DNA of 60,119 bases, counting the filler, from Sluysia triapertura (Eukaryota), in assembly GCA_046118255.1 (NCBI GenBank). It is 5 parts of 5 records of this genome, joined end to end, with 100 filler letters (N's around TTAATTAATTAA, not from the genome) between each part and the next. Parts side by side here need not be neighbours in the genome. Positions count along the whole stretch, not along the records: positions 48,170 to 60,119 come from JBJNIA010153494.1; 4 more parts are not named here. One strand, written 5' to 3'. Below, one piece after another: positions 52,946 to 60,119 of the stretch. Position 1 is the first letter of the stretch. Every line of letters begins with the position of its first letter. The translations under genes and the position numbers were made by a program. Under the pieces are notes generated by a model that was not told the DNA's origin, searched no databases, and worked only from the letters and a program-made list of their open reading frames with translations.

Positions 52946-53019
52946 GTTAGTGTGTGGTTACGACGTTTTATGACAAATTTAAAAGAAGAGTATAGTGTAT
53001 ATTTTTATTTTCAACAATA

Positions 53020-53882
53020 TGTTACGTCTTTATTTTATTATTTATAATAATAATTTAATAGCAAAGCAAACATTTAGAGTTAATTTTATGAAGGTTTTTA
53101 TGAAGGTCTTAAATTTATTTAGTAGTTTATAAGGCATTCAGGAAGTTCTGGATGTTTTCACCTTTATCTCTCTGATTCCTTCTTCTACTTCGTCATGTTA
53201 ATTATTACCATACTAGATTTATTCTTAATACCAAGAACAATGATTTTATTTCTCAAAGATTTTAAAGATTTTAAACATTTTATAAGGTTGATAAAGGATC
53301 TCAAATGCTTATCGATGTTTCTAGAATAGTTAAAGATTAATAAGGTCTCAAATGATCTAAATGTTCACAAATACAAAGATACCTTAATGCTTCTAAAGGT
53401 TTTCCAAGTCAATCTTCAGCTTCCACATGGAGTTCCATATATAGGTCTTTGGAACTCCAAGTATTCTTTGGCTGTTAACATTATTATTGATCAGGGGTGG
53501 CCAAACTGCGGCTTGCGAGCCACATGAAGCTCTTTGAAGGATTCTCGATAAATGTACCCGAGTTCCCTTTTCATTTTTGTGTTATTATATTTTAAAAAGT
53601 TATTATCGTTCCGTCAGTGTTTCAAAAAGTCTTTTAAAATAAATATGAAAGAATGATATAATACATCGAAAAAATTTTTTAATACATATTTAATTGCAGC
53701 TCGCGAAAACTTTCAAATTTTGAAAAATGGCACGGATTATCAAGGAACTTGGCCACCCCTGTTATAGATGTTTTAATTTTTATGATTCCTATTCGAACAG
53801 TGTTTAAGAATATTCAGTCCATCACTTTGTATCAGTTCTTCCTTCATTTTATAATTCTATATGTTTCTCACACATCCCAACA
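53020..53882 (-). mobile_element. Solo LTR (family L) with a nested hAT MITE
   Basis: TGTT...AACA termini and a perfect 4-bp AATA TSD (53016-19, 53883-86). Confidence 0.82.
53492..53761. mobile_element. hAT (Buster/Charlie-like) MITE, 270 bp
   Basis: TIRs CAGGGGTGGCCAA; 8-bp TSD TTATTGAT/TTATAGAT; the paralogous LTR near 49051 has a single copy of the target. Confidence 0.92.
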
Positions 53883-54249
53883 AATATAATAGTGAAACTT
53901 TCTCGATAATAAATTATTGTGAACGATAAAATTTACGAATAGTTTTAATACTAATAAGTCAAAGTAAGAGTTATTCAATATTATTTAAGTTTGAAATTGT
54001 AACTCGTCTTTCATGCAGGATAATTTTATAAAGATTGAGAATAGTTTTATTATGAGTGAGTCGAGTAAAAGTCAGATTGTTGTAAACTTAAATTGAACAT
54101 GTTCCACATCCACTCTGAATAAATCCTCAAAGTGTACAATACCTATTTTAATTAAAAGTAATTATTAAATTTATATTCGAATTTAATTATAAATATTAAT
54201 GACAGAGATTGTTGTTTCCGAAGAATCGTCAAATATTATTTTTATTTAG

Positions 54250-54360
54250 ATGGTACCTCGTGAAATATTGTGCTGCTGAAACTATGAATTTTGGTAAAAA
54301 TACTGGATGCACTTTTGCTTTAAGAGGATGTTTCGAGTACATGAAAGAGAAAAATTTTGT
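54250..54360 (+). CDS. LMLN: Leishmanolysin-like exon
   Basis: (G)WYLVKYCAAETMNFGKNTGCTFALRGCFEYMKEKNFV; phase 2-2, donor GTTAGT. Confidence 0.9.
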
Positions 54361-54669
54361 GTTAGTTTAATCTTTTCGATTCTGCGATAATTCTTCCATT
54401 TTTAGAAATTATAAAATGTCATTTATACCCTGTAAGATAAGGTTACATAAGCTTTCAAAAGTAAATTTTTACAAAAGTATGAAATATTTATTACATAAAA
54501 GTCATTTTTCTATAAAAAGAGCTCTGTATCTTTTGTATGAGGAAATAAATACAACTCTCATTGGATCCTTTGTTTTATCGATTGGATCAAAGAATTCATT
54601 TAGGTGTAAGTGTTTTATGTGTCTATTTACAACTTACGGGATTTTTTAAATCGTTTATAAACTTCTAGA

Positions 54670-54905
54670 AGACTGTTTCAAAGGGTGCATCCAATATTAT
54701 GACGATTCAATTAAAATGGAACATAATATTATCATTGTACCTTGATTCTTTGAAATATTTCTTATGTACAGTTCCTCAGATTTAACTCCTATGGACTTTT
54801 TCTAGTATGACATTGAAGACATGGATGAATTAAGGAATAAATTATTTAATGAAGTTGGGAATACTCGGCTGAACGGATGTATAAATATGAAAATGGGAGT
54901 ATAGA
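54670..54905 (+). mobile_element. mariner-like (DDxD) transposase C-terminal remnant
   Basis: FQ..GAS...SSDLTPMDFF*..IEDMDELRNKL...RLNGCI; heavily deleted. Confidence 0.5.
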
Positions 54906-57008
54906 TGAGACCACCTGCATTCCTCTTACGGTCAAGCATAGAGACACATATTGAATGGTATAACAGTAATAATAAAAGATTGTAAGAATATGTAGTACTC
55001 AATTTCATAAGGAAATGTGAAAATATTATAATTAATAATTAACCAAGCAGCAAGACTAATTCTCCAAGTGGGAAGAAGATCTTATGTAACACCTTATCTT
55101 AAGAAATTACATTGGTTGCCAATAAAAGAAAGAATAGAACAATTTACAAATGCTTACATTATGGAGGTTCTGAATATCTTTTAGAAATAATAAAAAATTG
55201 GAAACCAAGATGAATGTTTCATTGAGACATAATAATAATCTACATAGAATCCATAGTGATAATCAGAGCTAGGTGATAGGTTGTATACTGTTTATGTTTC
55301 AAAAATATACAACTAGTATTACCAGAGAATATTTAAGAAAAAGTCAAAGTTGTTTCTGTTTCAGAAATATTATAGTGAATGATTTCTTTTAAGCGCTTTT
55401 GAGTACTTACTTTGTAGTAGATATGAGCAGATATTATATTTCAAGTAATAAACTAATTTTATAATTAATTTTTATTGCGTAATTTTATAAGCTAACGGTT
55501 TTAAAGAAAAATATTTACAATTTAAAAAATGTAGAATAAACTTTAAAACTTATAAATTACATAAATTAAATAAAAAATTAATGTTGTATATTAATGTTGT
55601 ACGTTTAGTAATATTTTAATTCACTACTTTAATTCGAAGTTCATTTGAAAGACATTTCAGGTCAAACTGTTGAAAATAGTCTATATATTTTCAAAAATAA
55701 CACGTATTCTTGATCATTTATTTAATAGAACTAAAATTGATTTTTTGAAGACTAATCAGTAACAGATTCAAAGATCGTTTAATAAATTAATATTTGGAAA
55801 CAGATCACTAATTAAATCAGAGATCGTTGGATAAGTTAAGGAACTTTGGATAACTACAAAACTTACAAAAATCTCTTCAACCGTTAGTTTGTGAAATTGT
55901 TGAACATATTAATGAACATTTTAATACGTATCGCAAACGTAACGTAAAGTCATCTTATAAAATTTGCAAATTTTTAAAATAGTCGACTAAAATAATTTAT
56001 TAATTTTCTAAAACAAATTGATTAACAAACTCTGTGTTGATAATCTAGTTCATTGCAAGTTGAAATATATATTTACATATTTGAATATTCTTCTGAAATT
56101 ATTTTGGTGATTAATCTGATCAAATCTAAATACATAATAATAACATTGTTCACGTTGACAAATATCAATTTTGCCCAGTCTAAATATTCTTTTGTTTAAG
56201 ACAATTTTTCGAAAATTATCGTCAGAACTAAATTATTTAGTTTAAAATAATTTAAAATCTGTTTCTTTGTCCAAAAGAAAGCCGAGTATTTTCATTTTTC
56301 AAGATACTCTTTTATTTGGAATCTTGTTTATTAAAATAACACTTTCGCATCTCTCCCTGAACGATAGCCAAATCAAATTAGTATTATATCGAATAATTAT
56401 AGTATTAGAGTAACAAATATTTGATAGATAACATTATATTTAGTATTGTTAGCACATAATTTCACCCTCAATTAACTTACTTTTCTTCAAATATCCCTAA
56501 GGGCGTAAACCGAGGATCGTAAGGGACTCAGGCTACATATTATTATAAGTTTGTGTTATTCTTTGTTATTATCTTCAAATGTAAAGAGAATTTTGTTAGT
56601 GACTGAGATTCATAAATTGAATGGAGTAAGTTTAAGAATAAAATATAAATTATAACAAACTCTTCACTGTTTGAAGACATACGTAATTACGACAGAAAGA
56701 AAGGAGTTTTAAATTAAAATCTTTTATAAGAGCACTCTTTTCGATCGCGAATTAATCAAGACTAAGAATTGAAGGAAGAGGGATTTAAAAATCTCACAGA
56801 TATAGATATAGGCGGACCTATATTAGTACATTAGTACATTTACTGCCAACTGCGAATTATCTCGAAGATAGAAGTTTGTGTTTGTGTCGTCCGGCAGAGA
56901 TCGTATTTAACATACTAAAAGATTTACAATCATTAAACTGCTTTTAGAGTGGTGGCGGAATTATTAGACTAAAACAGAAAAATATTTTTCTTTGGTTTTC
57001 TTAATATT

Positions 57009-57190
57009 TGCTCTCCAGACATGAATCAGATAGAAAATCTGTGTAAATTGTCAAAAGGAGAGTTTCTACCCATAAACCAACCACCAGGACGGAACTTATT
57101 GAAATCCTGATAAAAGGCTTGTGTCCTAAGCTCATGCCTTTAAGGATCAGGAAATTATTGGATAACAAAGGAGGGCAAACAAAGTACTGA
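57009..57190 (+). mobile_element. Tc1 transposase C-terminal remnant
   Basis: Frameshifted SPDMNQIENL..VKRRVSTHKPTTRTELIE...MPLRIRKLLDNKGGQTKY*. Confidence 0.8.
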
Positions 57191-57529
57191 TGCAACTTTT
57201 GATGCAACAATTTGATTTATAGTAATTTGTGTTATCACATTCTACATGAATAAAATTGCTGTATCTTTTGGATCTCAGTATTTTTATCTATTATTTTACT
57301 TTCACCAGAATTTGTTGGAGAAAATAGTTATTTTCCAACATTTTACATTTTTCGTGACAATGTTTTTATACACTTTTGATTAGTAGTTTCATAGTATCCT
57401 TGAAAAATGTTGAATTTTATCACAAAACTCGTCTAATAATTTGGAAATCTATATACAATTTAAACAATAATTGGATTGTTTGTTTTTGAATTTATTATAA
57501 TTCCAATTTATTATTAATTCCAATTTCAG

Positions 57530-57722
57530 ATCAAATTTAATAGATCCATTTTGTTCAAAACCATTTGCATATGGTAACGTTCTGAGTTGTTCGGATACGA
57601 AGCAATATTTAAAGTATTGTTTTCTAAAGTCATCTACAAGTGTATCATCGAAATATCAATATTTTGAAAATCCAACTTTATTTGGAACTTCAGTTTTTTC
57701 AGAATATTGTCCATTTTTTAAT
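57530..57722 (+). CDS. LMLN: Leishmanolysin-like exon (Cys-rich region)
   Basis: SNLIDPFCS...LSCSD...YQYFENPTLFGTSVFSEYCPFFN (compare YQYF..GG....DYCP). Phase 2-0, donor GTTAGA. Confidence 0.9.
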
Positions 57723-58809
57723 GTTAGATTTTAATAATAATATTAATAATAAGAATAATAAAAATAATAATAAACAATTATTAAAAGAACAATCGATAAT
57801 TTATAAATATTCTTAAATATTCATTCTAAATATTAAATTATTTATTTGAAAAATATAACTATAAACACAATTTTTAATTTCACATAATTATCGATTACCA
57901 ATGAGAGCGACTTATTTAACACAAACATTATTGATACTGACGAAATCAGCAAGCTAGTATTTACTGCAGACTCGAATGATCAAATGATAAGAACAGATGA
58001 AACCTCAAGTGTAGATACGTAGTGAACATGTAAAGCATTAGAAAATTCGTTAAAAGATTTGAATTGTCGAATTTCAACTTCTAATAAAATATCCTCAATT
58101 GGATCCACGAATAATTACAAATTTTTAAACTTCGAAATGATATTTTGACTTGTAGTTTTACTTTTATTTTATGTTGTAAATTTTGATTTCAGAGAACTCC
58201 GTTAGTAAAATCACAATATTTACAAAATTCATTAAAAATTCCTATTAAAAATAATCCATTTAGTGTAATTAATTTTTTATGTATCATCCAGCAATTTATT
58301 ATTGATATATTTTTCATTAAGAATGATTATACTTATTAAAAAATCAATTAATTTTGCATTTTTCAAAATCTATTAGTTTAATGGATTTACTTTATTATGT
58401 ACATTTATTTTGCTGTTTTCTTTTTATTAATATCTACTTGCATAATTATTTTTTTGTGTGGGTTCGTCTATAATATACGTTTTATATTCTGAAGAAAGAT
58501 TTTCAATGGTTTTTTCTAATGCAGCGAATCATATTTGACTTATTTTAAATTGAATGATTATATTAAAGTAACTTTTTACTTAATTCTTATATTAAATCCT
58601 TTCTCTTAAAATAGATTTTCTCAATTGTTGCACTATAATTCTATGTCGATAGTCCTCTGTCTTATTGCTTTACAATCTTTACAATAATAAATAATTACAA
58701 ATTTCCTTTAAAACAATAATAATTACATTATTATATTAGGCTGCGCCTAGTGAAAAATAATGAGATTTTAAAACTGATTTCATCCTGGATTTTATTTGAC
58801 TTACTTACC

Positions 58810-59970
58810 TTAGGAAAATGTTCTGGAAGAATTATTGTTGGTCGTGTTGACGAATATTATCATTTGAGTTCATTAATAATTCCAATTAAAACAATAAATA
58901 GTGCCAATAATGTCAAATAAATAATACCAAATTTTACGAAATTATTCTAGTTTTCTAAATTAATTTTCTCATATTTATATTTATTAATATAAATATAATA
59001 ATAATATAATTTGTATTATATATTATAAATAAATTACTATAATATACTAATTTATAATATAATAATATAAGGTACTTATTAATTTAAATACGATCTGATT
59101 GTAATTGCCTTTTAATATTGATTATTCCATTTCCATTGGAATTTTCTAATTAATAATAAATTTGATTTATTCTAATCGATTTTGTTTTAAAATAATTAAA
59201 ATTTAAAAATTAATTAATAATTAATTAAAAATTAATAATTAAAAATAATTAAAGTTATTAATTTAGTCAACATTTTAAAAATATTTTGGCATTCTGACCA
59301 TTGTCCACATTTAATATTCGATACTTCTTAATATTTGATATTAGTTCACATTTGTAGTGCTATCTTGTACAAGTTCATCTAGAAACCATATTGAATGGCG
59401 CGTCCTGATGATCGGTTCCATGGAAGAATAATGGGAAATAAAAATTGATTATTAATTAAAAAATTAACAAGAAACAGAAAGTCTGTTTTAGTATATAAAA
59501 GGACAATTATTAATTTTTATTAATTATTAATTATTAATTATTAATCGAAAATATTTGTCCTTATACCACTTCTTAAAAATCCTTTAATAAATTTTATTCG
59601 AAAATATAAAATTATCGTTAGAAGAAGATATATCTTAAACAAAATTAAAATGAGTAATTTAGATAAAGCTTTTCGATATGCATTATGATTTTCATCTGAC
59701 TGCACTACTAGATTAAGTTTTGATTGGATATACTTTTCTATAAATATTTTTTATTATTATTTATATTTACTATGTTTTTTATTTAGTACTTACCATGTTC
59801 GGAAAAAACAGGTTGGATCTTCTAAATTTGTCTGTTTTACCTTTTATTTCTTTTTCAGAAAGTTTTATTTTTAATTTTACGACACTTTCTTTGAAAATGT
59901 TTTCGTAAATATCACCTACTGCATCCTTAATTGTAGATTTATTGATTGACAGTCGAAAATTAAGTCTCAT
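58810..59970 (-). pseudogene. Possible decayed spliced gene with hydrophobic segments
   Basis: GTAAGT donors at ~58809 and ~59793, and hydrophobic stretches (FGIIYLTLLALFIVLIGII; LLILILFKIYLLLTIILYF), but stops and inconsistent phases. Confidence 0.25.
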
Positions 59971-60119
59971 AAATTAAGTATATTTTCCAATAAAACATTA
60001 TTAAAAATTCGAAATACCTTTATAAAATGATAAAAAACTGAAATAATTCATTAATTAATGTTCGAAATGTTCAAATATTTATTAACTTTCTATTACCATT
60101 TGTTTTAATGCATCAAATA

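Overview
Very AT-rich, intron-containing metazoan (invertebrate) nuclear DNA from a fragmented assembly. Four 100-bp gaps (44 N + TTAATTAATTAA + 44 N) split it into ~11-13 kb blocks that are probably not contiguous, and most genes are truncated at block edges. Spliced genes read from exon translations with consistent splice phases: DRC3/LRRC48 (last 3 exons, -), IST1 (3-4 exons, +), a nicotinic acetylcholine receptor subunit (Cys-loop exon, -), a leishmanolysin/invadolysin M8 metallopeptidase (4 exons, +), a low-complexity protein with a putative NLS across an exon junction (-), a CCCH zinc-finger exon, and a degenerate Rab27 fragment. The rest is mostly decayed mobile DNA: two TTAA piggyBac derivatives, a hAT MITE with an 8-bp TSD and a paralogous empty site, a Stowaway-like MITE, Tc1/mariner/pogo/DD34E remnants and solo LTRs. 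Most unusual: (1) a ~150-bp TG..CA element with 4-bp TSDs carrying a tRNA-like Pol III unit (two copies, Cassandra-like architecture); (2) a ~1.7-2 kb dispersed family with conserved hairpins and paired CCG-N8-CGG palindromes; (3) two adjacent pre-miRNA-like hairpins; (4) a strong GTT(A) bias at splice donors. All homology calls are by eye, without database searches.
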